From the NCBI GenBank assembly GCA_045629925.1, contig JAZQSD010000091.1, positions 547 to 64,546 on the forward strand: DNA of 64,000 bases, given 5' to 3'. This document shows positions 13,984 to 23,251 of this stretch, piece after piece. The notes beneath the pieces are model-generated. The model was not told the origin of the DNA, searched no databases, and saw only the letters and a list, made by a program, of their open reading frames with translations. Position 1 is the stretch's first letter; each line of letters opens with the position of its first letter. Source of the stretch: Eubacterium sp. GTDB lineage: Bacteria > Bacillota > Clostridia > Lachnospirales > Lachnospiraceae. Made by a program: the position numbers and the translations under genes.

Positions 13984-14038
13984 GAATCGTGCACCTCCTT
14001 ATAGATTTTATATATAGTGCCTCGGACTAGATTTCATT

Positions 14039-14160
14039 AAAAAACCTCTCTGTTGGAAGACAGAGAGGTTAAAAGTCTTTACATCTGCACATAAGTGCTT
14101 CGTAAATTCCCTCGGCAGGTACTGATTAAGCCTTGCGGCGCCTGCTGTCTTCGGCAATTG
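14039..14160 (-). ncRNA. L10 leader (ribosomal protein autoregulatory element) with attenuator terminator
   Basis: CCGAAGACAGCAGG...CTTAA...CCTGCCGAGG core upstream of rplJ, then AACCTCTCTGT/ACAGAGAGGTT stem plus T-tract. Confidence 0.85.
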
Positions 14161-14168
14161 CGTTTGTG

Positions 14169-14197
14169 ATTATATCACTTTATTTATTTGATGTCAA
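14169..14197 (-). promoter_or_regulatory. SigA promoter of rplJL
   Basis: TTGACA-17 bp-TATAAT with TG extension. Confidence 0.8.
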
Positions 14198-14206
14198 TAA
14201 TTAATC

Positions 14207-14899
14207 TTAAACAAACTTAGCTGTGTTTAATTTAACGCCAGGTCCCATTGTAGATGTGATTGTAACACTCTTTAAGAACTGACCTTTAACAGCTGCTGGT
14301 CTAGCTTTAACTACTGCACCGATAAGAGTCTGGAAGTTATCGTTTAATTTATCTTCTGTGAAGGAAGCTTTTCCAATTGGCACATGGATAATGTTTGTTT
14401 TGTCCAGACGATATTCAATTTTACCAGCTTTGATATCATTGATTGCTTTTGTTACGTCCATTGTAACTGTACCAGCTTTTGGGTTTGGCATTAAGCCTTT
14501 TGGTCCGAGTACACGTCCTAAACGACCAACAACGCCCATCATATCTGGTGTAGCAACTACAACATCAAAATCTAACCAGCCGTCATTCTGGATTCTTGGA
14601 ATTAATTCCTCGCCGCCTACAAAATCTGCACCTGCAGCCTGAGCTTCGTCAAGTTTAACGCCTTTAGCGAAAACTAAAACTCTTACTGTTTTACCTGTTC
14701 CGTGTGGTAATACAACTGCACCACGAATCTGCTGATCTGCATGACGTCCGTCACATCCTGTTCTGATATGAACTTCGATAGTCTCGTCAAATTTTGCTGT
14801 AGCATTTGCTTTTACAAGGCCGATTGCTTCAGCTACATCGTACTGAACGGATTTGTCATACTTCTTTAAGGATTCAACGTATTTTTTTCCTCTTTTCAT
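14207..14899 (-). CDS. rplA: 50S ribosomal protein L1 (230 aa)
   Basis: [24 protein letters not shown] and STMGPG motifs; AGGAGG RBS before ATG 14899. Confidence 0.99.
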   Translation of the reverse strand: MKRGKKYVESLKKYDKSVQYDVAEAIGLVKANATAKFDETIEVHIRTGCDGRHADQQIRGAVVLPHGTGKTVRVLVFAKGVKLDEAQAAGADFVGGEELIPRIQNDGWLDFDVVVATPDMMGVVGRLGRVLGPKGLMPNPKAGTVTMDVTKAINDIKAGKIEYRLDKTNIIHVPIGKASFTEDKLNDNFQTLIGAVVKARPAAVKGQFLKSVTITSTMGPGVKLNTAKFV

Positions 14900-14913
14900 T
14901 CTAAATACCTCCT

Positions 14914-14944
14914 GTGGTAATACCGGGAGAAGCGCCCCTCCCAC
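14914..14944 (-). promoter_or_regulatory. L1-binding mRNA site upstream of rplA
   Basis: GTGGGAGG...CCCG...ACCAC irregular hairpin abutting the rplA RBS, resembling the L1 target. Confidence 0.65.
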
Positions 14945-14991
14945 GATTTCGTTTCTTCTAATTCAGTAAGTCTATTTTTATGCGATGTTAA

Positions 14992-15417
14992 TTAGTCTTC
15001 TACTACAACGCCCATACTTCTTGCAGTACCTGCGATCATGCTCATAGCTGCTTCGAGAGATCCTGCATTTAAGTCTGGCATTTTAAGTTCAGCGATTTCC
15101 TGAACTTTTGCTTTAGAGATTGTTGCTACTTTTGTTTTGTTTGGCACTGCAGAACCAGATTTGATGTTACAAGCTTTCTTGATCAGCACTGGTGCTGGTG
15201 GTGTCTTTGTTACGAAGCTAAAGCTTCTGTCTGCATATACTGTGATAACTACTGGAATGATTAAATCACCCTGATCAGCTGTTCTAGCGTTGAACTGTTT
15301 TGTAAATTCTACAATATTAACGCCGTGCTGACCGAGAGCAGGTCCAACTGGAGGAGCTGGTGTAGCCTTTCCAGCAGGAATCTGCAGTTTGATATATCCT
15401 GTAACTTTTTTTGCCAT
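14992..15417 (-). CDS. rplK: 50S ribosomal protein L11
   Basis: [18 protein letters not shown]. Confidence 0.99.
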   Translation of the reverse strand: MAKKVTGYIKLQIPAGKATPAPPVGPALGQHGVNIVEFTKQFNARTADQGDLIIPVVITVYADRSFSFVTKTPPAPVLIKKACNIKSGSAVPNKTKVATISKAKVQEIAELKMPDLNAGSLEAAMSMIAGTARSMGVVVED

Positions 15418-15435
15418 TTTAGATTGCCTCCTTGC

Positions 15436-15951
15436 TTAAATCTTCTTCACTTCTGCGAAACTAATTTCAACCGGTGTTTCGCGACCGAATAATTCCACAT
15501 TGATCATTACAGTCTGTTTGTTACTGTTCATAGACTGAATAACTCCAACAGTGTCCTTCCAAACACCGCCGATGACCTGAATTGTGTCACCCTCTTTGAA
15601 GTCTACCACAATGTTTTCTACCTTGATTCCCAATGGTCTCATCTCAGCTTCAGTGAGTGGTACTGGCTTAGATCCTGGACCTACAAATCCAGTTACGCCT
15701 CTGGTATTTCTGACAACATACCATGTATCATCGTTCATAACCATGTGAATCAACACATAACCTGGAAACATTTTTTTCTGAACCTGCTTCTTAGCACCGT
15801 TCTTCAATTCAACAACATCCTGCATAGGAACTCTTACTTCAAGAATCTCTTCTTCAAGGTGTCTGTTTTCAATTGTTTTCTCAATGTTAGCCTTTACCTT
15901 ATTCTCATATCCTGAATAAGTGTGAACTACATACCAGTTTGCTTCTGCCAT
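15436..15951 (-). CDS. nusG: Transcription termination/antitermination factor NusG
   Basis: WYVVHTYSGYE, FPGYV and FGRETPVE motifs. Confidence 0.98.
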   Translation of the reverse strand: MAEANWYVVHTYSGYENKVKANIEKTIENRHLEEEILEVRVPMQDVVELKNGAKKQVQKKMFPGYVLIHMVMNDDTWYVVRNTRGVTGFVGPGSKPVPLTEAEMRPLGIKVENIVVDFKEGDTIQVIGGVWKDTVGVIQSMNSNKQTVMINVELFGRETPVEISFAEVKKI

Positions 15952-15969
15952 TTTTCCACCTCTGCTTCC

Positions 15970-16176
15970 TTAAATATTGATCAGGAAATCAACGCCGTTC
16001 TGGATCGCATAATCCAGAATTGCGATAATGATGCCCAGGATAACGCAAATAACCACTACGGTAAGGGTCTGTTTACCCACTGACTTCTTGTCTGGCCAAA
16101 CGATCTTTCCGAACTCTGCCTTCAAGCCGTCAAACCAGTTAACTTTTGGGGTGTTATCTTTATTATGTTCTCCCAT
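15970..16176 (-). CDS. secE: Preprotein translocase subunit SecE
   Basis: EFGKIVWP plus one TM helix; lies between rpmG and nusG. Confidence 0.95.
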   Translation of the reverse strand: MGEHNKDNTPKVNWFDGLKAEFGKIVWPDKKSVGKQTLTVVVICVILGIIIAILDYAIQNGVDFLINI

Positions 16177-16203
16177 TTCGTCACTTCCTTTGCAATGCTC
16201 GGA

Positions 16204-16353
16204 TTATTTGGTTTCTTTGTGTAAAGTATGAGTTCTGCAGAATCTGCAGTATTTCTTTACTTCCATTCTGTCTGGATGAGCTTTCTTATCCTTGGTCCAG
16301 TTATAATTACGCTGTTTGCATTCTGTACATGCCATAGTAATTCTAACGCGCAT
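16204..16353 (-). CDS. rpmG: 50S ribosomal protein L33, zinc-binding form (49 aa; not in ORF track)
   Basis: Manual translation [49 protein letters not shown]; GGAGGTG RBS; two CxxC. Confidence 0.97.
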   Translation of the reverse strand: MRVRITMACTECKQRNYNWTKDKKAHPDRMEVKKYCRFCRTHTLHKETK

Positions 16354-16467
16354 AACTTCCACCTCCGTTATTTCTTATTTTTAGGCATAAAAAAAAGACC
16401 TACTTTCATCGCCCGTATACTATATCATAACCATACGAAAGAAGTCAATGGCCTTTTTTTATATTTT

Positions 16468-16986
16468 TTATTCTTTTTTTGCAAGATATTCCAGCACCCC
16501 TGGAGCTGCAATCTGAAACCAGCTGGCAAACTTATCAGGAACCTCTACCAGTTCTTTTGCCAGTTGTTCATATGTAAGCCATGCAATCTCTTCCACTTCA
16601 TCCGGATTGAGTTCTACTTCTCCGTCATAACTTCCTAAGAATACATGGTCTACCTCATACTCAAACAGATCTTCTGCATACTTTGATCTGTATGTAAAAT
16701 GAAACAGTTCCTGCAGGTCACAGTCGAACCCCACTTCTTCCATCAGCCTGCGATGCACCGCATGCTCCAATGTTTCTCCATCTCTTGGATGTGAACAACA
16801 AGCATTTGCCCACAATCCGCCAGAATGGTATTTGTCCTTTCGGCGCTTCTGAATGAGAATCTTTCCATCCTTTATAATAAAGATAGAAAATGCTCGATGC
16901 AGACGCCCTAGACGATGTGCATCCATCTTTCCCATTGTCCCAATCTGCTTGTCATATGAATCTACTAAGATTAACTGATCTTCCAT
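16468..16986 (-). CDS. idi: Isopentenyl-diphosphate delta-isomerase, type 1 (Nudix fold)
   Basis: LHRAFSIF, LWANACCSHP, EYEVDHVF and NPDEV motifs. Confidence 0.92.
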   Translation of the reverse strand: MEDQLILVDSYDKQIGTMGKMDAHRLGRLHRAFSIFIIKDGKILIQKRRKDKYHSGGLWANACCSHPRDGETLEHAVHRRLMEEVGFDCDLQELFHFTYRSKYAEDLFEYEVDHVFLGSYDGEVELNPDEVEEIAWLTYEQLAKELVEVPDKFASWFQIAAPGVLEYLAKKE

Positions 16987-17001
16987 ACACATCTCCAATT
17001 A

Positions 17002-17538
17002 TTACGTCGTACAATATTTGCGCAACGGTCTTACGATAAAGATCGCCGCTACCGCCTTTGCAACATCCCCTGGAACAAAAGTTACAACTCCTGTCAGAAC
17101 AACCGCGGTCCAAGGCATTCCTGTTACCACTTTTAACCAAAGTGCTCCCAACAAGTAAACAATCGGGAGCCCGATCAAAATCATTGCTAGAACTTTTTGA
17201 TATTCCTTTGTGGCTTGTGCACATACTACCGATACCAACCAGCAGGCCACAAGATATCCCAGCGCATATCCTCCCGTTGGCCCAGCCAGCGCACCAATCC
17301 CTCCGTTTCCTCCTGAAAAAACAGGTAAGCCGATTAGCCCCAGCAAGAACCACACAAGCATGGCCACCATTGCACATTTTGGTCTCAGCAGCAAGGCAAT
17401 CATGAACACAACTAATAATTGTGCGGTAATTGGCACTGCAGAAAACGGAAGCGGTATATTTATATAGGAAGAAACACACAAAATCGCAGCCAACAAAGCC
17501 ATAACTACCAGCTCATATGTTGTGATCTTTTGTCTCAT
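17002..17538 (-). CDS. bioY: Biotin ECF S-component BioY
   Basis: VPITAQ, GLPVFSGG, GPTGGY and FVPGDVAK motifs; hydrophobic. Confidence 0.9.
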   Translation of the reverse strand: MRQKITTYELVVMALLAAILCVSSYINIPLPFSAVPITAQLLVVFMIALLLRPKCAMVAMLVWFLLGLIGLPVFSGGNGGIGALAGPTGGYALGYLVACWLVSVVCAQATKEYQKVLAMILIGLPIVYLLGALWLKVVTGMPWTAVVLTGVVTFVPGDVAKAVAAIFIVRPLRKYCTT

Positions 17539-17544
17539 AATTTC

Positions 17545-18345
17545 CTATGGTCTTAAACCAGTACCACCCTGAAGAGTGATTGTCTGTCCTGTCATGTATT
17601 TGAAATCCGGAGTGGCAATCTGGAGACATACACGTCCAATCTCTGTCTCAACATTTCCAAAATGACCCATTGGTGGCATTTTAACGTTAGCTTCATATGC
17701 TTCTGGGTAATTCTTCTGGAAGTTTTCTAACTGCGCAGTCCAAGCAAGAGGGCAGATTACATTTACATTAATTCCGTCTGGGCCCCATTCTGTTGCCGCT
17801 ACACGAGAAAGACCGCGAACACCTTCTTTTGCTGCTGCATAGGAACACTGTCCATAGTTGCCGGAAATACCAGCACCAGATGCAAAATTGATTACGCTTC
17901 CTTTTGTTTCTTTCAAATATGGATAGCAAGCCTGCATATAGTAAAATGTTGCATAAAGTCCTGAGTATAACGCAAGATCAAACTGTTCTGTTGTGTGGTC
18001 TGCCAATGTTACACCAGATGCAGATGCCTGTGCATTGTTGATGAGCACATCAATTCTGCCGAAAGCTTCAATCGCCTGAGCAACTACGCTTTCTACTACC
18101 GCTTTGTTATCCGCGCCAGCAGATACATCTGCTGCCACTGGAAGCACCTTCACACCATAGAGTCTTTCCAGTTCTTCCTTTGCTTCTTCTAATTTCTTTA
18201 CATTTCTGCCAGTAAGCACAAGATTTGCGCCCTCTTTCGCGTATGCTGTAGCAATTCCATATCCGATGGAGCCACATGAACCGTCGCTTAACACCGCACG
18301 GCCGCCACCTGTAATAATAGCTGTTTTACCTGTCATAATTCCCAT
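17545..18345 (-). CDS. SDR oxidoreductase, probable 12alpha-hydroxysteroid dehydrogenase (266 aa)
   Basis: TGGG plus GSCGSIGYGIA insert, NNAQAS, YAAAK; closely resembles, from memory, clostridial bile-acid 12alpha-HSDHs. Confidence 0.8.
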   Translation of the reverse strand: MGIMTGKTAIITGGGRAVLSDGSCGSIGYGIATAYAKEGANLVLTGRNVKKLEEAKEELERLYGVKVLPVAADVSAGADNKAVVESVVAQAIEAFGRIDVLINNAQASASGVTLADHTTEQFDLALYSGLYATFYYMQACYPYLKETKGSVINFASGAGISGNYGQCSYAAAKEGVRGLSRVAATEWGPDGINVNVICPLAWTAQLENFQKNYPEAYEANVKMPPMGHFGNVETEIGRVCLQIATPDFKYMTGQTITLQGGTGLRP

Positions 18346-18384
18346 ACGTTTTTCCTCGCAATTTCTAAAGTTTCTCCCCTGTAT

Positions 18385-18426
18385 AAACAAACCGAATGTC
18401 TGATGTTCCCATTATCAAACATTCGG
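18385..18426 (-). terminator. Probable terminator of the thioredoxin operon
   Basis: 13-bp stem CCGAATGTTTGAT/ATCAGACATTCGG followed by TTTGTTT. Confidence 0.55.
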
Positions 18427-18476
18427 CTGTAAATTACAAGCATTGTTTATTCATTATCTATCCTTGCAGTTTAAAA

Positions 18477-18797
18477 TTATACAAACTGATCCAACAAAGC
18501 TGCCAGCTGTGCTTTATTCTGGTAGCCTACCACCTGTTTTGCAACTTGGCCATCTTTTATTACAACCAATGTAGGAATGCTCATGACCCCAAACTGCTGT
18601 GCCAATTCCAGCTGTTCATCCACATTCACTTTGCCGATTTTTGCTTTTCCTTCATATTCTTCTGCAATCTGCGCAAGCCCTGGAGCCAGCATCTGGCATG
18701 GTCCACACCAAACTGCCCAAAAATCCAGCAACACTGGTGTTTGTGCATTCAATACTTCTGCTTCAAAATTCTGTTTTGTAATTGTTACTTCTGCCAT
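18477..18797 (-). CDS. trxA: Thioredoxin
   Basis: WCGPC active site, SIPT cis-Pro; 106 aa. Confidence 0.95.
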   Translation of the reverse strand: MAEVTITKQNFEAEVLNAQTPVLLDFWAVWCGPCQMLAPGLAQIAEEYEGKAKIGKVNVDEQLELAQQFGVMSIPTLVVIKDGQVAKQVVGYQNKAQLAALLDQFV

Positions 18798-18811
18798 AGT
18801 TCTGTTCTCCT

Positions 18812-19012
18812 TTACTCTTTTGATTTATAGTACAGCATACAATGACAATATCCTTCAAAATCTGGATCCGCCATCTGCTCTTTAAACTCTTTGCATATGC
18901 ATTTATTTTCTTCTGTCTGCTCTAATCTGCATGGGCAATATCCGCCTTTTTTTGCAAGACCCTCTCGGATCATCTTTACAATATTTTCGTCTGGATTTAA
19001 TGTTATTGCCAT
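18812..19012 (-). CDS. Minimal ferredoxin:thioredoxin reductase catalytic-subunit-like protein (66 aa)
   Basis: YCPC, CIC and CHC motifs match the FTR CPC/CPC/CHC pattern; lies between trxB and trxA. Confidence 0.8.
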   Translation of the reverse strand: MAITLNPDENIVKMIREGLAKKGGYCPCRLEQTEENKCICKEFKEQMADPDFEGYCHCMLYYKSKE

Positions 19013-19036
19013 TTCGCGCCTCCCCTCATTGTATTT

Positions 19037-19954
19037 TTATTTTGCCAGATATTCTTCTGCGTAATGAGCTGCCACCGCGCCATCCGCCACTGCAGTTACA
19101 ACCTGTCTAAGAGCCTTTGTCCTTACATCTCCCGCAGCAAAAACTCCAGGTATATTCGTTCTAGTCGTTTCATCCGCGATCACATATCCGCTCTCATCAA
19201 GTTCAAGGAGCCCTTCTACTAATTCCGTTGAAGGTTTGCGGCCAATGCTGACAAACACGCCATCACAGTCTACGTCTTTCAGCTCTCCTGTCTTCACATC
19301 TTTCAGCCGAAGACCTGTAACTTTTTTATCATAAAGAATCTGCTCAACTGTACTGTTCCAGCAAAATTCTACATTTTCCATTTTTTCTAAGGCCTGCTGC
19401 TGGATCTTTTCCCCTCGCAGCTGGTCTCTTCTATGGACGAGGATTACCTTTTCAGCCACTCTAGACAAAAGGATTGCATCTGCGATAGCAGTGTTGCCGC
19501 CGCCTACCACAATCACTGTCTTACCTTTGTAAAACATTCCGTCACAGGCTGCACAGTAATTCACACCTCTTCCAACCAAAGCCTGCTCGTCGTCTACACC
19601 AAGATTTTTTGGCACAGCCCCGGTTGCCAGGATCACTGTCTTGCCATAATACAAACCTTCGCTTGTATCAATCTCCTTAATATCCCCTTCCAGATTCATG
19701 CCGTACACTTCTGCCAGTTCTGTCTCTGCACCAAAGCGTTCTGCGCCCAACTGCATTTTCTCTCCCAACTCAAAACCATCTATCCCGTTTTCAAATCCAG
19801 GATAATTGTCAACCTGAGATGTCAGAGCGATCTGTCCGCCTGCAGATAACTTTTCTAATACAATAGCGCTAAGCCCAGCTCTCACTGCATAAAGGGCAGC
19901 TGTATAGCCGGCAGGTCCTCCGCCTATAATGATCACGTCATAAATCTTATCCAT
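19037..19954 (-). CDS. trxB: NADPH thioredoxin-disulfide reductase
   Basis: GGGPAG, CAAC redox pair, GGGNTA, HRRD and FAAGD motifs. Confidence 0.95.
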   Translation of the reverse strand: MDKIYDVIIIGGGPAGYTAALYAVRAGLSAIVLEKLSAGGQIALTSQVDNYPGFENGIDGFELGEKMQLGAERFGAETELAEVYGMNLEGDIKEIDTSEGLYYGKTVILATGAVPKNLGVDDEQALVGRGVNYCAACDGMFYKGKTVIVVGGGNTAIADAILLSRVAEKVILVHRRDQLRGEKIQQQALEKMENVEFCWNSTVEQILYDKKVTGLRLKDVKTGELKDVDCDGVFVSIGRKPSTELVEGLLELDESGYVIADETTRTNIPGVFAAGDVRTKALRQVVTAVADGAVAAHYAEEYLAK

Positions 19955-19981
19955 GGTGTATTCTCTCTTTCTATCAGAATG

Positions 19982-20305
19982 TTATCCAATATGTGGAAGA
20001 ATAAATTCTTCCAGCTTTGCCTTTGACTCTGGTGCCACGATGGAATCAATGGCTTCCCCATCTTTGTAAAGTACAAATGTTGGAATTACTTCAATCTGCC
20101 ATTCATCTGCAAGCTGTGGAACCTGATCGATATCCACTTTTGCAAATACCAGTTCGCCTTCATGCTGCTGTGCTACTTTGTCGTAAGCAGGTGCAATACG
20201 TCTGCAGTAAGAACACCAAGGTGCCCAGAAATCTACCAACACAAGTCCTTTATCCTCTAATACATATTTATTAAAATCATTTCTTTCAAAATTTAAGATT
20301 GCCAT
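19982..20305 (-). CDS. Thioredoxin family protein with WCSYC site (107 aa)
   Basis: VDFWAPWCSYC and VIPT; AGGAG RBS before ATG 20305. Confidence 0.9.
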   Translation of the reverse strand: MAILNFERNDFNKYVLEDKGLVLVDFWAPWCSYCRRIAPAYDKVAQQHEGELVFAKVDIDQVPQLADEWQIEVIPTFVLYKDGEAIDSIVAPESKAKLEEFILPHIG

Positions 20306-20357
20306 ATTGTAATCTCCTTTCTCTGTCTTTGTACATCTTCTACCTTTGTACATCTAG

Positions 20358-20399
20358 AGTATACCCAAAACAGAAAAAAGCTTCCGTGATATTATCACA
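20358..20399 (-). promoter_or_regulatory. Crp/Fnr-type box plus -10 element, thioredoxin operon promoter
   Basis: TGTGA-TAATA-TCACG (20385-20399) centred near -41 relative to TATACT (20358-20363). Confidence 0.65.
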
Positions 20400-20474
20400 T
20401 TGTGAAAAGAGGGAATGGATATCCATTCCCGCCTACAGACTTTTTCTTTACAGATCAATTGTCTAAAGCAATTA

Positions 20475-21617
20475 TTAGTAGTTTTCTTTGCGTACTTCAA
20501 AGAAACTCTGTGGATGATCACATACTGGACAAACTTCTGGAGCATCTTTGCTTGATACAAGGTGTCCACAGTTGCGGCATTCCCAAAGTGTTTCTTCTTC
20601 TTTAGCGAATACAGTATTTTCTTTCACATTTTTAAGAAGTGCTAAGTAGCGTTCTTCGTGAGCTTTTTCAATTGCTGCTACACCGCGGAATTTTTCTGCT
20701 AATTCTGGGAAACCTTCTTCGTCTGCTTCGCGAGCCATGCGCGCATACATATCTGTCCATTCGCCGTTTTCGCCTTCTGCTGCATGGAGAAGATTTTCTG
20801 CTGTGTCACCTAATTCGCCAAGAGCTTTGAACCACATTTTAGCATGTTCTTTTTCGTTTTCAGCTGTCTGAAGGAAAAGTGCTGCGATCTGTTCGTAGCC
20901 AGCTTTTTTAGCCACAGATGCAAAGTAAGTATATTTATTGCGAGCCATAGATTCGCCTGCAAATGCTTCCCAAAGGTTCTTTTCTGTCTTAGTTCCTGCA
21001 AATTTGTTCTTTGCTGGAGCTTCTTCAATTTTCACAAAAACGCTTGCTGGCTGTTTGCAAACAGGGCATTTAAAATCTTCTGTCATAGGTCCTTCGTGAA
21101 TATAACCACATACTGTACATTTCCATTTTTCCATATTTAAATCCTCCACTTTTTCATTAAATTCAATTGTTGTTAATAACTGATCTACCAGTTCCTGTGG
21201 AACTTCTGGATCATTCTTTAAACTCTGTAAAAACTTCTTGGTATTGCCGCTCTGTGGAAGCATATAACCTGCTTCTCTGCAGATATCCTCCGCCATAAGG
21301 CGATTGGATCGCTCAACTGCAACACTTAATGCATCTGGCAATTCTGCCGCCATAGTTTCCTGTGTTGCCTTGCTCTGAATCAGAGCTCTAAGCCCATCTA
21401 CTACAGCCTGTTCTTTTGGCTGCTGTGGTGGCATCTGTTTTGGCACCATGGAGATTGCTCCTGAAGGGCACGCCTCTGCACAAGCTCCGCAACCAATACA
21501 CTTTGTTACATCTATGATACTGTTTTCTGTATCTGTAGCTCCAGTCGGACAAACATAGAGGCACAGACAATCTTTTGTACAAAGTCTAAGATTTCGCACT
21601 GCATATTTTTCAGCCAT
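20475..21617 (-). CDS. 2x[4Fe-4S] ferredoxin / rubredoxin / rubrerythrin fusion
   Basis: [12 protein letters not shown]; CTVCGY..CPVC; [12 protein letters not shown], ExxH pairs and a C-terminal CRNC..CPVC. Confidence 0.9.
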   Translation of the reverse strand: MAEKYAVRNLRLCTKDCLCLYVCPTGATDTENSIIDVTKCIGCGACAEACPSGAISMVPKQMPPQQPKEQAVVDGLRALIQSKATQETMAAELPDALSVAVERSNRLMAEDICREAGYMLPQSGNTKKFLQSLKNDPEVPQELVDQLLTTIEFNEKVEDLNMEKWKCTVCGYIHEGPMTEDFKCPVCKQPASVFVKIEEAPAKNKFAGTKTEKNLWEAFAGESMARNKYTYFASVAKKAGYEQIAALFLQTAENEKEHAKMWFKALGELGDTAENLLHAAEGENGEWTDMYARMAREADEEGFPELAEKFRGVAAIEKAHEERYLALLKNVKENTVFAKEEETLWECRNCGHLVSSKDAPEVCPVCDHPQSFFEVRKENY

Positions 21618-22273
21618 TATTTTGTCCTCCCTTCTACTTTTTCAAACTTCCAGCTTGGAACCTTACATACCGGACACAGTTCTGGAGCATTGTCGCCCAC
21701 AGATACGAATCCGCAGATTGTACAGATATATACACCTGTGTTTTCCAGCATCTTGTCGCCTTCTTTTGCATACTGTGCAAGGAGAGAATCAAGCATTCTG
21801 GTTACTTTCTCGCTCCATACAAGGCTTCTTAACGCACCTCTGTCTGGCTTCTTGCCTGACACATAATTAGCGTATGGATAACCCTTTTCCAGATCCTTTT
21901 GGATAAGTTCCAGCAACTGTTCTCTGTCAACATTCTCTGCTGGTTCTGCTTTCTGTTTAAAGAACGCTGCCAGCTTAGCAAATGCTTCCTGCTGTTCTGG
22001 CATGTACTGTTTCTCGCATCCTCTCGCCAAGTTAGAGCAGATAATACTCATCTCCATAGGGGAAAGCTCTTTCTCGAAATGTGTCGCTTCTGGTGCTGTT
22101 GTGGCAGCAACTGCTGCATTTTCCTTAAAAGCTTTCTTGTTAGCTTTACAAATCGGACAAACCCACTCTTCCGGCAGATCTTCCCATTTTGTTCCCGCTG
22201 CAATCCCTGCTTCTGGAATCCCTTTTGCTTCATCATATACATAGCCACAAATTGAACACGTAAACTGTCTCAT
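21617..22273 (-). CDS. Rubredoxin domain protein (N-terminal rubredoxin, helical middle, C-terminal rubredoxin-like domain)
   Basis: CSICGYVYD...[13 protein letters not shown] and CTICG...CPVC. Confidence 0.85.
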   Translation of the reverse strand: MRQFTCSICGYVYDEAKGIPEAGIAAGTKWEDLPEEWVCPICKANKKAFKENAAVAATTAPEATHFEKELSPMEMSIICSNLARGCEKQYMPEQQEAFAKLAAFFKQKAEPAENVDREQLLELIQKDLEKGYPYANYVSGKKPDRGALRSLVWSEKVTRMLDSLLAQYAKEGDKMLENTGVYICTICGFVSVGDNAPELCPVCKVPSWKFEKVEGRTK

Positions 22274-22298
22274 CGTTTTCTCGCCTCCTTATGATTGC

Positions 22299-22340
22299 AT
22301 TATAGTAATGATTCCTATTTCTTTCTGTGACTTTCTCACA
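22299..22340 (-). promoter_or_regulatory. Crp/Fnr-type box plus -10 element, rubredoxin/rubrerythrin promoter
   Basis: TGTGA-N5-TCACA (22326-22340) centred near -41 relative to TATAAT (22299-22304). Confidence 0.7.
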
Positions 22341-22432
22341 TTAGATAAGTTTTTTCACAATTAATATTCTATCACAACTACAAATAAAGTGTAGAGTTTC
22401 CATTGTTTTTTATTGTTTTTTAATATAAACTG

Positions 22433-22461
22433 TTGCCACTTTTCTAGAAGGCGCCTATACT
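22433..22461 (+). promoter_or_regulatory. SigA promoter of the first Crp/Fnr gene
   Basis: TTGCCA-17 bp-TATACT. Confidence 0.55.
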
Positions 22462-22502
22462 TTAAGATATGTATCGGCATATTTTTACAAGGAGATGACG
22501 CT

Positions 22503-23162
22503 ATGCAGTTTTCAGAGTATTTTTCTATCTGGAACAAATTAACAAAAGAACAACAACAAAAAATTACCCAGTATGCAATCCACAAAAAAGTCAAGGCAGG
22601 CACACTGCTTCACGACGGCGGTCGGGATTGCCTTGGCATTTTGTTAATTCATTCCGGACAGCTGCGAGCTTATATTTTTTCCGAAGAAGGCCGGGAAGTT
22701 ACACTTTTCCGCCTGTTCGAAATGGACATCTGTATTTTTACAGCATCCTGCATGATGCCAAACATCCAGTTCAACATTACTGTTGAGGCCGAGAAGGATT
22801 CTGAGTTCTGGGTTATTCCTGCAGATGTGTACAAGCGATTGATGAACGAATCTGCTGCCATCGCAAACTACACTAACGATATTATGAGCAGCCGTTTTTC
22901 AGAGATCATGTGGCTTGTGGAGCAAATCATGTGGAAAAGTTTCGACAAGCGCCTGGCAGACTTCTTATTAAAGGAAGTTCTCATCGAAGGAACAGATTCT
23001 TTAAAGATTACTCACGAAAAGATCGCCAACCACATGGGCACCGCCAGAGAAGTTGTCACACGAATGTTGCGCTACTTTCAGAGTGAAGGGCTGGTAAAAC
23101 TTACCCGCGGCACAGTGGAAGTACTTGATCACGAAGGTCTTGAAGAACTGCACGACAGATAA
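22503..23162 (+). CDS. Crp/Fnr family transcriptional regulator (219 aa)
   Basis: cNMP-like domain (EEGREVTL) and HTH ITHEKIANHMGTAREVVTR; AGGAG RBS. Confidence 0.93.
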   Translation: MQFSEYFSIWNKLTKEQQQKITQYAIHKKVKAGTLLHDGGRDCLGILLIHSGQLRAYIFSEEGREVTLFRLFEMDICIFTASCMMPNIQFNITVEAEKDSEFWVIPADVYKRLMNESAAIANYTNDIMSSRFSEIMWLVEQIMWKSFDKRLADFLLKEVLIEGTDSLKITHEKIANHMGTAREVVTRMLRYFQSEGLVKLTRGTVEVLDHEGLEELHDR

Positions 23163-23251
23163 ACATACACACTTAATTTATAACTCACAAAAGATTGTTG
23201 CCGGTTATTTCACAGTTTGCCGCAGCAATCTTTTTCATATACGGAGGTTTT

